Positions 25,665-35,920 are shown, counted from the stretch's first letter. The stretch: DNA of 64,000 nucleotides from Sedimentisphaerales bacterium (GCA_016934515.1 JAFGSR010000077.1:1330-65329); one strand, 5' to 3'. The notes: a model not told the origin generated them from the sequence alone. Translations and numbers: made by a program.

Positions 25665-25827
25665 TTCGAAATATTTTTTGGCAGGATTACAGGATTGCTA
25701 TGATTTTTATGTAAGAGTTTTGGACCAACAGTCAGCGACGCACTAATTTCAGTCAGGACAATTCAAGTAGATCGAGACGTTTATAATGGATAGGCATGAT
25801 AGATTATTATGCTGATTTGTCGGGAAA

Positions 25828-27090
25828 TTAGTTTTCGGATTCGGGTTCGTCTTCGATTTGGAGGCCGACGATGGTTACGTCGTCGCGGGGGTGGAGGGAG
25901 CCTTCTTCGCGGTTGATGATGTGGAGTAGTTTGTCGCACATATCCTTGATGTCGAGGTAGCCGAGGTCGTCGAATTCCTGTCGGAAGCGTAACGGCTGGT
26001 CGGGTCCGGGGTTGACGAAAGCAACTTCGACGCCGTCGCTGTAGAGCAGCAGTTTGTCGCCGAGGTGGAGTTGGACGATTTCGGTGGTGTAGGTTTGATC
26101 GGGGAAGACGCCCAGGAGGGAGCCGCCGACGTTGATTTCGGAATTTTGGCCGGTTTTGTTGATGAGCATGGGGGCGGGGTGTCCGGCACTAGCGAGGCGG
26201 AGTCGGAGGGTTTTGGTGTTGAGCAGTCCGTAGCAGCAGGTGGCGAACTGGAAGTTGCTGAGGTCCTGTCCTACCATGTCGGCGTTAAGCTGTTTTAGGG
26301 TTTCGCCGGGTTCGATGAGTGTGTAGGAGTGGCCTTCGATGCGTTTGGTTACGATGGCGCGTTTGATGAACATGGTGAGCAGTGCGGCAGGCATGCCGTG
26401 TCCGACGGCGTCGGCGATGTAGAAGCCGATGTGGTTTTCATCGAGGCGCATGACGTCGTAGATATCACCGCTGACCCAGGTGGCGGGCCGGAAGATATTG
26501 GCGAATTTTATGCCGGGGATTTTGGGCATTTCGCGGGGGAGGAAGTCGCGTTGGAGTCTGGAGGCGAGTTGCATTTCTTCGTTGACCTGGGAGAAGTAGT
26601 TGTTAAGGGGCTGGCTGACCATGCGGAGTCGGTCAACTTCCTCGGAGAGTTTTTTAATGGTGGGTTGGATTTGCATCAGGGTAGCAAGTCGAGCGGCGGT
26701 GACCTGGGGAGATTCGGGTTGGGTTACGACGGCGAAGCGTTCGGGGTTGAGATGTTGAAGGATATTCTGGATTTCAATATTCTCATTTGACTCATCAGCG
26801 ATTACCAGGGTGCAGAGCGGTTGACTTTCCAAGATATGGGTAAGGTCAAGTACGCGTGGGCAGTCTGATAAGTCCAGGTTGTTGAGGATGAGGACCGCGG
26901 CGGCGATTTTTTGGGCTTTTTGGGCGGTATCGAGTGCCTGATCCATTTGGCAGGTGATTTTTTCGATATTGAGCAGATGAGCAGCCTGTTGGATGGTTTC
27001 GGGGACCATTTCGGGTCCGATAATCAGGATGCGTGGTTTTTTACCGGTAGAAGTTATTTTTTTGTTTGTCTGTGTACTGATAGCTTGCAT
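25828..27090 (-). CDS. PP2C/SpoIIE-family serine phosphatase (RsbU-like) with receiver-like N-domain
   Basis: 420-aa ORF with the SpoIIE block WVSGDIYDV..FYIADAVGHGMPAALLTMF and LLLYSDGV. The N-terminal alpha/beta region begins KPRILIIGPEM. Confidence 0.8.
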   Translation of the reverse strand: MQAISTQTNKKITSTGKKPRILIIGPEMVPETIQQAAHLLNIEKITCQMDQALDTAQKAQKIAAAVLILNNLDLSDCPRVLDLTHILESQPLCTLVIADESNENIEIQNILQHLNPERFAVVTQPESPQVTAARLATLMQIQPTIKKLSEEVDRLRMVSQPLNNYFSQVNEEMQLASRLQRDFLPREMPKIPGIKFANIFRPATWVSGDIYDVMRLDENHIGFYIADAVGHGMPAALLTMFIKRAIVTKRIEGHSYTLIEPGETLKQLNADMVGQDLSNFQFATCCYGLLNTKTLRLRLASAGHPAPMLINKTGQNSEINVGGSLLGVFPDQTYTTEIVQLHLGDKLLLYSDGVEVAFVNPGPDQPLRFRQEFDDLGYLDIKDMCDKLLHIINREEGSLHPRDDVTIVGLQIEDEPESEN

Positions 27091-27422
27091 GTAATCAATT
27101 TCGACTTAAGAGAAGGTGAGCTTTAGAAGCATATCCGCTTATAATTAAGGGAATTGCGAAAAGATGAAATTTTGTTTGGATTAAAGTGGGGGGTAGGTTT
27201 TTTGGTGATTTCGCCGATTTTTAGAAAAATTTCTTAAATTCTTTGCCATTAGTAGTTTAGGAACGTTATGTATTTGCAGGTTTTTGTGTCAGACAAGGAA
27301 GTTAAGGTGACAATTTACAGTTCACAGAGATTGGTAGGCTGTGAGTTATAAAAAAAAAATAGCGTAGATCCTTATTTTACAAGCATTAAGAAAATATTGT
27401 GGAAAATAAGAAAAAAACCCGA

Positions 27423-27451
27423 TTGACACTACTAGATGTAGTGGTAGGATA
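27423..27451 (+). promoter_or_regulatory. candidate nrdJ promoter overlapped by a 17-bp perfect palindrome (NrdR-box-like)
   Basis: TTGACA (27423-27428), a 16/17-nt spacer and TAGGAT/AGGATA. The palindrome CACTAC-TAGAT-GTAGTG at 27427-27443 fills the spacer. Confidence 0.4.
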
Positions 27452-27863
27452 GGACCACGTTAATTGAAAATGTTGAGAAGAAGAGGCAGCTATAAGTAAG
27501 CTTGGGTAAGAGTAACTGGATTGTTTTATTAGCCGGGGGGAGTCTTGGGTATTATGAGTAGTTGCTTTGAGCTTATCGGATTTTTTTTTGGTTTATTAAC
27601 CAACCCATCGGTCGGGTAGAATCGTGTTGAGGTTCTCCCTCCGACGAAAGATTTCAAAAGTTTGATAAATTGTCTTAAATTTGTGCGCTCATTCCGCGCG
27701 CATTATCAAAATAAATACAATTAAATATTTTTTCGCTCTAACAAAAAGAATGTTCGGCTGGGCAAAAGGCCCATTATCACTATTTTTAATGCATCTCCGA
27801 TCAGGTCGAGGACAAGTTTTGTTAGGGGCTCTTAGTAATATTCATACCGGAAGGAGACCGACT

Positions 27864-30800
27864 ATGCCGTCCAGCGCCACGGATTCGGCCGACAGAAACA
27901 TGCTTAACAGCACTGAAAAAGCGGTTAAGCAAGATTCAGGGAAGAAAGATAAGACCATCAGTCGAGCGATTGAGATTGAGAGACATTTCAGCAGTGCGGG
28001 TGTTCATCCGTTTGATCAGCTCAAGTGGGAGAACAGAACTGCCACGATAACCGACGAGAACGGGGAGGTTGTTTTTGAACAGAACGACGTTGAAGTTCCG
28101 AAGAATTTTTCGCAGTTGGCGACCAAGGTGGTGGTGAGTAAGTATTTTTACGGAGAAATTGATACTGATGAGCGGGAAAATTCGTTCAAGGACCTGGTTC
28201 ACCGGGTTACGCGGACGATATCGGATTGGGGACGGCAAGATGGTTTGTTTGCCAGTGAAGAGCAAGCGGAAATGTATTATGACGAGTTAACGTGGTTATG
28301 TGTGAACCAGTATGCCGCGTTTAATTCGCCGGTATGGTTCAATGTGGGGCTTTTTCATCAGAAAGGGGTAGTGGGTAGTGGGCACAACTACCATTGGGAC
28401 CAGAAGCAGGAGGTGGTGAAGCCTTGTCCGAATACTTATGAATATCCACAGGCGTCGGCCTGTTTTATACAGAGTGTCGGTGACACGATGGAAGATATCA
28501 TGGGTCTGGCGAGCAGTGAGGCGATGCTTTTTAAGCACGGCAGCGGGACGGGTACGGATTTATCGACGTTGCGTTCGAGTCGTGAGAAGCTATCCGGTGG
28601 CGGTCGGCCATCGGGTCCGTTGAGTTTTATGCGGGTATTCGATCAGATTGCGGCGGTGGTGAAATCGGGCGGCAAGACACGGCGGGCGGCGAAGATGCAG
28701 TCGCTGAAGATCCATCATCCTGATATTAAAGACTTTATCACCTGCAAGGCCAACGAGGAGCGAAAGGCCTGGGCGTTGATTGAGCAGGGCTACGACGGGA
28801 ATTTCAATGGTGAAGCATACGGTTCAATCATGTTCCAGAATTCGAACCTATCAGTTCGGGTAATCGATGAGTTCATGAATGCGGTAGAAAAGAACGGCAC
28901 TTTTGATACCCGCGCGGTAACCACAGGCGAGAAGGTTGAGACGCATAAAGCTGCGGAGTTAATGGACTTAATTGCCGAAGGGACCGAGATTTGCGGCGAT
29001 CCGGGGATGCAATACCACAGCACGATCAATAGGTGGCACACGTGTATCAATGACGGGGAGATCAACGCTTCGAATCCGTGCAGCGAATACATGTTCCTGG
29101 ACGATTCGGCGTGCAATCTGGCGAGTTTGAATCTGATGAAGTTTCGTCGGGAGGATGGTTCGTTCGATGTGGAATCGTTTCGGCGGGCGGTGCGGATTTT
29201 GATTATTGCCCAGGAATTGCTGGTGGACCACGGCAGCTATCCAACGGCTCAGATTGCCCAGAACTCGCACGATTATCGGGCGTTGGGGCTGGGATTTGCT
29301 AATCTGGGCTCGCTGGTGATGTCTTTGGGCCTGCCTTATGACAGTGAGCAAGGACGGTCTTGGGCGGGAGCTATCACGGCGATAATGACCGGTACGGCTT
29401 ACGCGGTGAGTGCGGAGTTGGCCCAGATACTGGAGCCGTTCGACAAATTTGAGCAGAACCGGGAACCGATGCTGCGGGTGATTAACATGCACCGCAACGC
29501 GGTACGGGATATCGACAGCGAAAGTTGTCCGGATTATCTGCTGGAGGCGGCGCAGCGGGCGTGGGATCAGGCGTTGGCCCAGGGGAGCAGCAACGGATTT
29601 CGCAATGCGCAGGTTTCGGTACTGGCGCCGACGGGTACGATTGGTTTCATGATGGACTGCGATACGACGGGGATCGAGCCGGATATTGCCCTGGTGAAGT
29701 ATAAATTGCTGGCTGGGGGCGGGATGTTGAAGATTGTCAATCGGACGGTTGCGATGGCGTTGGATCGACTGGGCTACAGTGCGGAGGAGATTGCGCAAAT
29801 AGCAGCGACCATCGAGGAAGACGACACCGTCGAGACGTCGGACGTGCTCAAGGCGGAGCATTTGCCGGTGTTCGATTGTGCATTCAAGCCGGTTAAGGGA
29901 ATGCGATCGATACATTACCTGGCGCACATACGGATGATGGCGGCGGTGCAGCCGTTTATATCCGGGGCGATCAGCAAGACGGTGAATATGCCTAACGAAT
30001 CGACGAAGGAAGAGATAGCCAAGGCTTACATGACGGGCTGGAAGCTGGGATTGAAGGCGTTGGCGATTTATCGGGACGGATCGAAGCGATCACAACCGGT
30101 TTCGACGAAGAAGGATCAGGGCAAGGCGACAGAGAAGCCGACGGAAGCGGCAGCTGTTGTTAACGGATTGGAGCGCCGTCCGCAGCGTATTCGTCTGGAA
30201 GATACGCGGCATAGCATAACACACAAGTTTGATGTGGCAGGACATGAAGGTTACCTGACGGTGGGGTTATATAAGGATGGCCAACCTGGTGAATTATTTA
30301 TCACCATGGCCAAGGAAGGCAGCACCGTTGGGGGCCTCATGGGCGCATATGGGACGTGTATATCGATGGCACTGCAGTATGGTGTGCCGCTGGATACGCT
30401 GGTGGCCAAGTTCAGCCACGCACGGTTCGAGCCGGCAGGGATGACCTCGAACCGGGATATTCCGTTTGCCAAGAGCATTGTCGATTATATTGCCCGCTGG
30501 CTGGGAGTGACGTTTTTACCGGGTTTCCGGGAGGCGAACGTTCCGCAGCGGATGCAAAGTAAGCCGTCTGTTGAGGACGGCAACGGTGACGGGCAGAAGG
30601 AGGGTGAGACGGGTGGATTAAGGGATGAATCGCCGATTCCGTCGCTGGAAAAGCGGGCCAACCTGGGTAAGATTTCCAATCGAATTGAGGAGTTGATCGG
30701 GATGGTGAATAAGCCGGAGCCGGCGGGAGGTTCGGCTATGGCTCAGCAGATGAGCGCTTTTAACAGCCAATTCAGCCATTTCCAGTCGGACGCTCCGGCA

Positions 30801-30884
30801 TGCGATGTATGCGGATCGATAACCGTACGCAACGGCAACTGTTACAAGTGCTTCAATTGCGGATCGAGCATGGGCTGCAGTTGA
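27864..30884 (+). CDS. nrdJ: adenosylcobalamin-dependent ribonucleotide reductase (class II)
   Basis: ATG 27864 lies 6 nt after GGAAGGAGA. The sequence IEIERHFSSAGVHPFDQLKWENRTA..VVSKYFYG is typical of NrdJ. Catalytic-region blocks are NPCSEY and SACNLASLNL, and there is a C-terminal zinc ribbon CDVCGS..CYKCFNCGSSMGCS. The upstream 61 codons in the ORF track have no support. Confidence 0.9.
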   Translation: MPSSATDSADRNMLNSTEKAVKQDSGKKDKTISRAIEIERHFSSAGVHPFDQLKWENRTATITDENGEVVFEQNDVEVPKNFSQLATKVVVSKYFYGEIDTDERENSFKDLVHRVTRTISDWGRQDGLFASEEQAEMYYDELTWLCVNQYAAFNSPVWFNVGLFHQKGVVGSGHNYHWDQKQEVVKPCPNTYEYPQASACFIQSVGDTMEDIMGLASSEAMLFKHGSGTGTDLSTLRSSREKLSGGGRPSGPLSFMRVFDQIAAVVKSGGKTRRAAKMQSLKIHHPDIKDFITCKANEERKAWALIEQGYDGNFNGEAYGSIMFQNSNLSVRVIDEFMNAVEKNGTFDTRAVTTGEKVETHKAAELMDLIAEGTEICGDPGMQYHSTINRWHTCINDGEINASNPCSEYMFLDDSACNLASLNLMKFRREDGSFDVESFRRAVRILIIAQELLVDHGSYPTAQIAQNSHDYRALGLGFANLGSLVMSLGLPYDSEQGRSWAGAITAIMTGTAYAVSAELAQILEPFDKFEQNREPMLRVINMHRNAVRDIDSESCPDYLLEAAQRAWDQALAQGSSNGFRNAQVSVLAPTGTIGFMMDCDTTGIEPDIALVKYKLLAGGGMLKIVNRTVAMALDRLGYSAEEIAQIAATIEEDDTVETSDVLKAEHLPVFDCAFKPVKGMRSIHYLAHIRMMAAVQPFISGAISKTVNMPNESTKEEIAKAYMTGWKLGLKALAIYRDGSKRSQPVSTKKDQGKATEKPTEAAAVVNGLERRPQRIRLEDTRHSITHKFDVAGHEGYLTVGLYKDGQPGELFITMAKEGSTVGGLMGAYGTCISMALQYGVPLDTLVAKFSHARFEPAGMTSNRDIPFAKSIVDYIARWLGVTFLPGFREANVPQRMQSKPSVEDGNGDGQKEGETGGLRDESPIPSLEKRANLGKISNRIEELIGMVNKPEPAGGSAMAQQMSAFNSQFSHFQSDAPACDVCGSITVRNGNCYKCFNCGSSMGCS

Positions 30885-30915
30885 TGTTAGGAAACAGTTT
30901 TATGGGAGATTTATT

Positions 30916-31230
30916 ATGAGCCAGTTTCATCATTTTGGAGTTCCAACCAAGACCAAACAGGAAAACGAGTCTTATCTCGAAGATGTTAAGCTTTATCTGA
31001 CCGACGCAGAAACGCATCCATATCGCGTGGAATTTCTCCGTTTTGAAGATGGCAGTCCGATGCATGCGGACGTTAGAAATAATCCGCATGTAGCTTTTAT
31101 GGTTGAAGATCTTGCTGCGGCGTTGGAAGGTAAAAATGTGATCATCGAGCCATTTGAGGCTACTGAAGCTCTGCGGGTTGCATTTATCAAGGACAATGAG
31201 GCAGTTATCGAGCTGATGGAAAAAATTTAG
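30916..31230 (+). CDS. small VOC (glyoxalase/bleomycin-resistance fold) family protein
   Basis: 104-aa ORF with HHFGVP at the N-terminus and HVAFMVEDL in the middle, a VOC-type metal-ligand spacing. It lies 31 nt after nrdJ. Confidence 0.55.
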   Translation: MSQFHHFGVPTKTKQENESYLEDVKLYLTDAETHPYRVEFLRFEDGSPMHADVRNNPHVAFMVEDLAAALEGKNVIIEPFEATEALRVAFIKDNEAVIELMEKI

Positions 31231-31427
31231 CTGCTCTTAGTGCGATTTTGCCGGAGTGGTTCTACGTGTTGCTTATGCGGTTCTATGTGTCGCGTTTTTT
31301 TAGGCCGGATGGTTGGGTGCATCAGTAAATCCCCCTTTACTATTGACTTATCCGTCATTTCTCATTCAAAACAAGTCTGAGCCTTGACAGAGGCCAAGAA
31401 GGCCTATGCAATATTACATATAGCTAT

Positions 31428-31565
31428 CTATAGATCTTTATTTATACCCATATTTTTTAGCATATCGCGGATATCCTTGGCGCCGTAGTAGGCTACGTAG
31501 CCAAGAACTACCAGATACCAGCCTATACAACCGAGAGACAATAATAACCAGAAATATTTAATCAT
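31428..31565 (-). CDS. small membrane protein, possible accessory subunit of the adjacent symporter
   Basis: The ATG at 31565 overlaps the symporter stop by 8 nt. The product MIKYFWLLLSLGCIGWYLVVLGYVAYYG is a single TM helix. Support comes from coupling only. Confidence 0.4.
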   Translation of the reverse strand: MIKYFWLLLSLGCIGWYLVVLGYVAYYGAKDIRDMLKNMGINKDL

Positions 31566-33042
31566 TATTATCGCTCCTTTCTTGAAGAGTCTTTGGTTTG
31601 AGAAGAGAACCAATTACCATTGCGACAGCTACTCCAATGTAAGTCATCATTCCCGAGACATAAGGACCGACGTATTCGGTAAACGGTTTGGTTGCCGGTA
31701 TTTTCTGGCACAACAGAAAACCGAGTGGCAAGGTGGCACCGAGGATTATGGCAGCAGTGGCACCCCAGTTGTTTGCTTTTTTCCAGTAACAGCAGGCTAT
31801 CAAAAGTACGGACATACTTGACAGATAGATGCTGCCGGTAACTGCCAGATAGGTCCAGGCGTCGCCCTCGATTTTATACCACAAGCCATAGATCAGCAGA
31901 AAAACTCCTATCATGGCAATGATAAATCTGTTACACATCAACCCTTTTCGCTGGGACCATTTGCCTTTATGGAGGGGAGCCATGATGTCATTGTAAATGA
32001 CGGTGCCCCAGGTGAGCATGTAAGAGGCGTCGGTGGACATATCCGCGGCCAGCATTGCGGCGACGACAACCCCCATCATGATCGGCGGAACAAAAGTGCT
32101 CAAAAACCTAGGCATAGCAATTATTGTATTTTCGCCGACCTGGTCCGGAGTCAGCACCACCAAGGCTGCTATACCCCACAAACCGGGCAGAAGGAAACGG
32201 CAGACGAAGAATGGGCTGGTGCCTTTGTAAATTTTTCGTCCGGTTGCACTATCTTTGGCGGAAAGCACCCGCTGGATGGTTGTTTGCCAGGTGAGGACCA
32301 CTGCAATTGCCACAAAGGCATTGAATATCACATAGGCCGGTCCCATTTCGGGATGCACAAAGGGATTGAATCCGCCGGGGCCATGATTGGTTTCAACGGC
32401 CAGGACCAAATCAGCCCAGCCGATTTTAATGAAGATCATTATAGTAACGACGAGTAGACCGATGCTCATCATGATGAACTGGAGGTAGTCGGTGATAAGA
32501 ACCGAAACCATCCCGCCCAAGACGGTATAGAGGCCTATTCCAAACAGCAGAAGCGTCATTGTGATCTCAAGATACTGTGGATTGAGACCGCAGACTTCAA
32601 CGAGGAAGTCTCCACCCATCCTGAGGAAGACCCCCATATTGAGCAGGCCGCCGAGAACAATAACGACGCCGCTCATCCAACGGACCCGGGAGCCGAACTT
32701 CTTTTCAAAAAGTTCGGGTATCGTCATCACGCCGGCCTTTCGAAGGGGATTGATGCAAAAACCGGTAATGCCGACCATCAGCATAGCTAATGCAATCAGT
32801 ATTCCGGGCGTAGCGCCGGCAAAGCCGAACTTGTAGCCGTTCTGGGCGGTGTACATGCAGGTTACGATGCCAAATTCACAGGCGGTCAGGGAGGCTATAC
32901 CAAGGTATAAGTTAAGCTCTCGGCCTGCGACCAGAAATTGATCGACCTTGGATACATACTTTCGGACAAAAACCCCGATCACTATCACCACCAGAATATA
33001 AAATCCAACGATGCCGCCGTCCAGAAACGTAAAGTTACTCAT
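31558..33042 (-). CDS. sodium:solute symporter (SSS) family transporter
   Basis: 494-aa polytopic ORF with an SSS-type opening FYILVVIVIGVFVRKYVSKVDQFLVAGRELN and about 13 hydrophobic segments. Confidence 0.85.
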   Translation of the reverse strand: MSNFTFLDGGIVGFYILVVIVIGVFVRKYVSKVDQFLVAGRELNLYLGIASLTACEFGIVTCMYTAQNGYKFGFAGATPGILIALAMLMVGITGFCINPLRKAGVMTIPELFEKKFGSRVRWMSGVVIVLGGLLNMGVFLRMGGDFLVEVCGLNPQYLEITMTLLLFGIGLYTVLGGMVSVLITDYLQFIMMSIGLLVVTIMIFIKIGWADLVLAVETNHGPGGFNPFVHPEMGPAYVIFNAFVAIAVVLTWQTTIQRVLSAKDSATGRKIYKGTSPFFVCRFLLPGLWGIAALVVLTPDQVGENTIIAMPRFLSTFVPPIMMGVVVAAMLAADMSTDASYMLTWGTVIYNDIMAPLHKGKWSQRKGLMCNRFIIAMIGVFLLIYGLWYKIEGDAWTYLAVTGSIYLSSMSVLLIACCYWKKANNWGATAAIILGATLPLGFLLCQKIPATKPFTEYVGPYVSGMMTYIGVAVAMVIGSLLKPKTLQERSDNND

Positions 33043-35887
33043 TTGAGGTCCTTAATTTTGAAGAAATATTGGTTGTTCTGATTTTACTTGGCTGTCCTAC
33101 CAGTTGGGCGGACAGCGTCCTGCCCATAAACAACTCCCGCCCGTTCGCCGTTGATGAGATCGTATCATCAACCGCTATTTCCAGTTTCGCTCCCCTCGTT
33201 CCTGCTACCTGTCCCTGCTGCCTTACCTGTTTTTCCAGTTCTCCCGCTGCCCAGGTATGTGCCTGCTCGAGCTTGTCGAAATTCTTTGCTCCTGCCAATC
33301 CTTCAATCACAAAACCCCCTTCATCGTTCGGTTTGATACGCACCTGTCGTTGCACCACGATATTACTGCTTATCGCCCCCACCGCATTTGCAACGTCCGC
33401 GTCCTGCGGCACGATAAACTCCGATCCCAAAAGTTTCGCCGCCCGCGGCAGGAAATAATGCACCGGCGCCCCGATCCCAATTACGGGACGCAGTAATTCC
33501 ATCTTTACGCGATAATCGGCTTTACCGCCGCCCAGCATGTTTTTGAACAAAACCTGGCATACTGCGCAATCGTCCAGCTTATCCGCTTCGGTCTCTTCAT
33601 CGAGTTGTTTTTTCATCAGTTCCACCGCCAGCTTCCGTGTTACTTCCTCCAGCAAATGCTCGACCAATTCATCTGGTTCCAAAACCGCAATCGAACTTAC
33701 CATTTCACACATCCGCCGTGCTGCTGATGAGTCCCATCTCTGGAAATCTCCTTTTACATGCAGCAGATCCGTCGGTGTCAAACCACAATACTGCACAACA
33801 CTATGCTCTTGCAATCTGCTCAGCCGCGGCATGTTCCAGTAACCGATCTGCGTTTTTTCCGCCAGTTCATCCAGTGAATAAGGTCTTTCCCGCAACAATT
33901 CTATTATCGCCTGTTCCTCCGCCGTAAATATCATTTCCTCCGTATGTCCGGTTAAGATCACAATTTGCATCGCGGCTGTTGAACTGCGGTAATCGTCCAG
34001 CCGCCGTTGCAGGTAATCCAGCGTTGCCGTAATGTCGCTGGTTTTCGAGCCCAGCCATGCTATCGGCGCCACGCGTCGCGGCCCCACCGAAAACATTCCT
34101 TCTTTCCACACTATCAAACTATCCCCGCCCAGCCCTACCGTTCGCATCTCCAACGCTTTCACATGCGTCTTATATCCACCTACTCGTGTTCCACTCTGGC
34201 ATACGCGAACCGCTGAGTCTTTTAACGCTGCGGTATCCGTAGTCGTGCCGCCCATATCTACCACCAGCGCCGCCGATATACCGGTTAAATGTTTGGCCCC
34301 GGCCACACTCGCTGCCGGACCCGATAAAATCGTTTCCACCGGTTTGTCCCGCGCCACTTGCGCCGCAATCAATGAACCGTCACCCTTGACCACCATTATC
34401 GGTACTGAGATACCCCGCGCCTGCAGCACCTGCTCCAATTCGCTCAATAACTTTTCCAGCCGGGGAATTATCCTCGCATTCAACACCGCCGTCCGGGCCC
34501 GCGTCCGGAAATTCAGCAACTGTGATAATTCATGCCTGCACGTAACCGAACAATCCGTTTCCTTTCTGATTATCTTCTTTACTGTAAGTTCATGCGCCGG
34601 ATTTATCGTACTGGCAAAACCCGAAACCGCAAATGCCTTTACCTGTTCCTCTCTCACCATCCGTCCCACCACATCACGCACCTGCTCTTCGTCCACCGGC
34701 TCCAGTTCTTTGCCATCAATCTCTAACATACCCCTGATCACTGCCTTTGGTTTATATCCCACATCTGCCGGATCAAACAAACCATACGGCGGCATCAGCA
34801 GCAAACCCACCTTTTGTCCGTACCCTTCCACTATGGCGTTCGTCGCCAGCGTTGTCGATACCGAAACCAGTTCCACCTGGGCTAATAAATTTTCCTTCAG
34901 CGATGACAGCGCCTCACCTATCCCCTCTGTAAAATCCCATTTCGTTGTCAGTGCCTTGCTCTTGGCGATTACCTTATCCACCGCGAAATCATAAATCACC
35001 GCGTCGGTGTATGTTCCCCCCGCATCGATACCAAGGCCGATTTTCACCCGCTCACTTTCGGCGTCCTTTCCGGGCACATTACCATTAGTAATGGTTATCT
35101 TATCATGTTTTTCCGTCCACTTCTTCCCTTCCTGGTAAACCGGTACTCCCGTCAGCCCGCCTGCCACCGGATCGAACTGGGTTACATAACCGAGCGGAAC
35201 CACCAGTATCTCGTCCGTGTTTTCTGTTACCCACAGCATTTTCTCCAACAGCCCCAAATTCCCCTCCAACTGCTCATATTTCCATCCGAACTCCTTTGCC
35301 ATCACTTGCGCATACTCCGCGTACTTTTTCTTCTGACCTGCCCCCGTATCGATAAATACCGCCCGCTGATAATTCTGCTGCCAATGGTTCAAAAACTCGA
35401 TAATCTCTTTAGCGTGCTCCGCGCCGTACTTCTCTGTAAGGTGTTCCAAGGTGAGGAACTTATCACCCATAAACGCTCCGCACTGTTTCTGCGACATCGG
35501 CTGTGCCTTTTCCTCGTACCACCCTGCCGAAATGTAATAGGTCCCTGGATAGCGCCCAAATTCTTCCTTGTAGGCTTTATCGCTGCCCAGAAACAGCGCG
35601 ATACAATCATGCACTTTAGGAAACACCAGCGGTATCTGCCTCGCCTCTATCCCCACTGTGCCCCGCCCGCAAATCCCGTAACCTACCACTATTCTTTCAA
35701 ACTTTTCCTCCTGTGAAGCTTCGTCTATAGCTTCCTGCAGTTTCAGCCGCAACTGTGCCGGTTCATTGTGCAATTCCGACTCCAGAAACCTACAGCTTAT
35801 CTCTGTCCCCAGACGCTGGGCTACTTGCAGTATATCTATCCCCAAAACCGCACAACCAATAACGCACACCCGCGCCTGTTCAGCCAA
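33035..35887 (-). CDS. DUF1638 domain fused to a hydantoinase/oxoprolinase-type (ASKHA) ATPase
   Basis: 950-aa ORF. The N-terminal 215 aa match DUF1638 (RIVVGYGICGRG..PLVFPKVHDCIALFLGS). These are followed by Hydant_A_N (IGLGIDAGGTYTDAVIYDF) and Hydantoinase_A (VVDMGGTTTDTAAL..GLGGDS). Confidence 0.75.
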   Translation of the reverse strand: MAEQARVCVIGCAVLGIDILQVAQRLGTEISCRFLESELHNEPAQLRLKLQEAIDEASQEEKFERIVVGYGICGRGTVGIEARQIPLVFPKVHDCIALFLGSDKAYKEEFGRYPGTYYISAGWYEEKAQPMSQKQCGAFMGDKFLTLEHLTEKYGAEHAKEIIEFLNHWQQNYQRAVFIDTGAGQKKKYAEYAQVMAKEFGWKYEQLEGNLGLLEKMLWVTENTDEILVVPLGYVTQFDPVAGGLTGVPVYQEGKKWTEKHDKITITNGNVPGKDAESERVKIGLGIDAGGTYTDAVIYDFAVDKVIAKSKALTTKWDFTEGIGEALSSLKENLLAQVELVSVSTTLATNAIVEGYGQKVGLLLMPPYGLFDPADVGYKPKAVIRGMLEIDGKELEPVDEEQVRDVVGRMVREEQVKAFAVSGFASTINPAHELTVKKIIRKETDCSVTCRHELSQLLNFRTRARTAVLNARIIPRLEKLLSELEQVLQARGISVPIMVVKGDGSLIAAQVARDKPVETILSGPAASVAGAKHLTGISAALVVDMGGTTTDTAALKDSAVRVCQSGTRVGGYKTHVKALEMRTVGLGGDSLIVWKEGMFSVGPRRVAPIAWLGSKTSDITATLDYLQRRLDDYRSSTAAMQIVILTGHTEEMIFTAEEQAIIELLRERPYSLDELAEKTQIGYWNMPRLSRLQEHSVVQYCGLTPTDLLHVKGDFQRWDSSAARRMCEMVSSIAVLEPDELVEHLLEEVTRKLAVELMKKQLDEETEADKLDDCAVCQVLFKNMLGGGKADYRVKMELLRPVIGIGAPVHYFLPRAAKLLGSEFIVPQDADVANAVGAISSNIVVQRQVRIKPNDEGGFVIEGLAGAKNFDKLEQAHTWAAGELEKQVRQQGQVAGTRGAKLEIAVDDTISSTANGRELFMGRTLSAQLVGQPSKIRTTNISSKLRTSNE

Positions 35888-35920
35888 TATTTGCCTCTCC
35901 TTGTATTTGCTCTATCTTTG

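Noticed and set aside
27681-27863. A 61-codon N-terminal extension of nrdJ in the ORF track.
   Set aside because: It begins with a non-ATG codon, has no RBS, and is AT-rich and unlike the NrdJ N-terminus. A strong RBS precedes ATG 27864.
27452-27863. A cobalamin or other riboswitch in the nrdJ leader, and likewise upstream of the B12 radical SAM and MtaA-like genes.
   Set aside because: No B12-box-like core (GCCACTG context) or other riboswitch signature that I can recognise is present. The only gccactg in the window lies inside a CDS at about 490.
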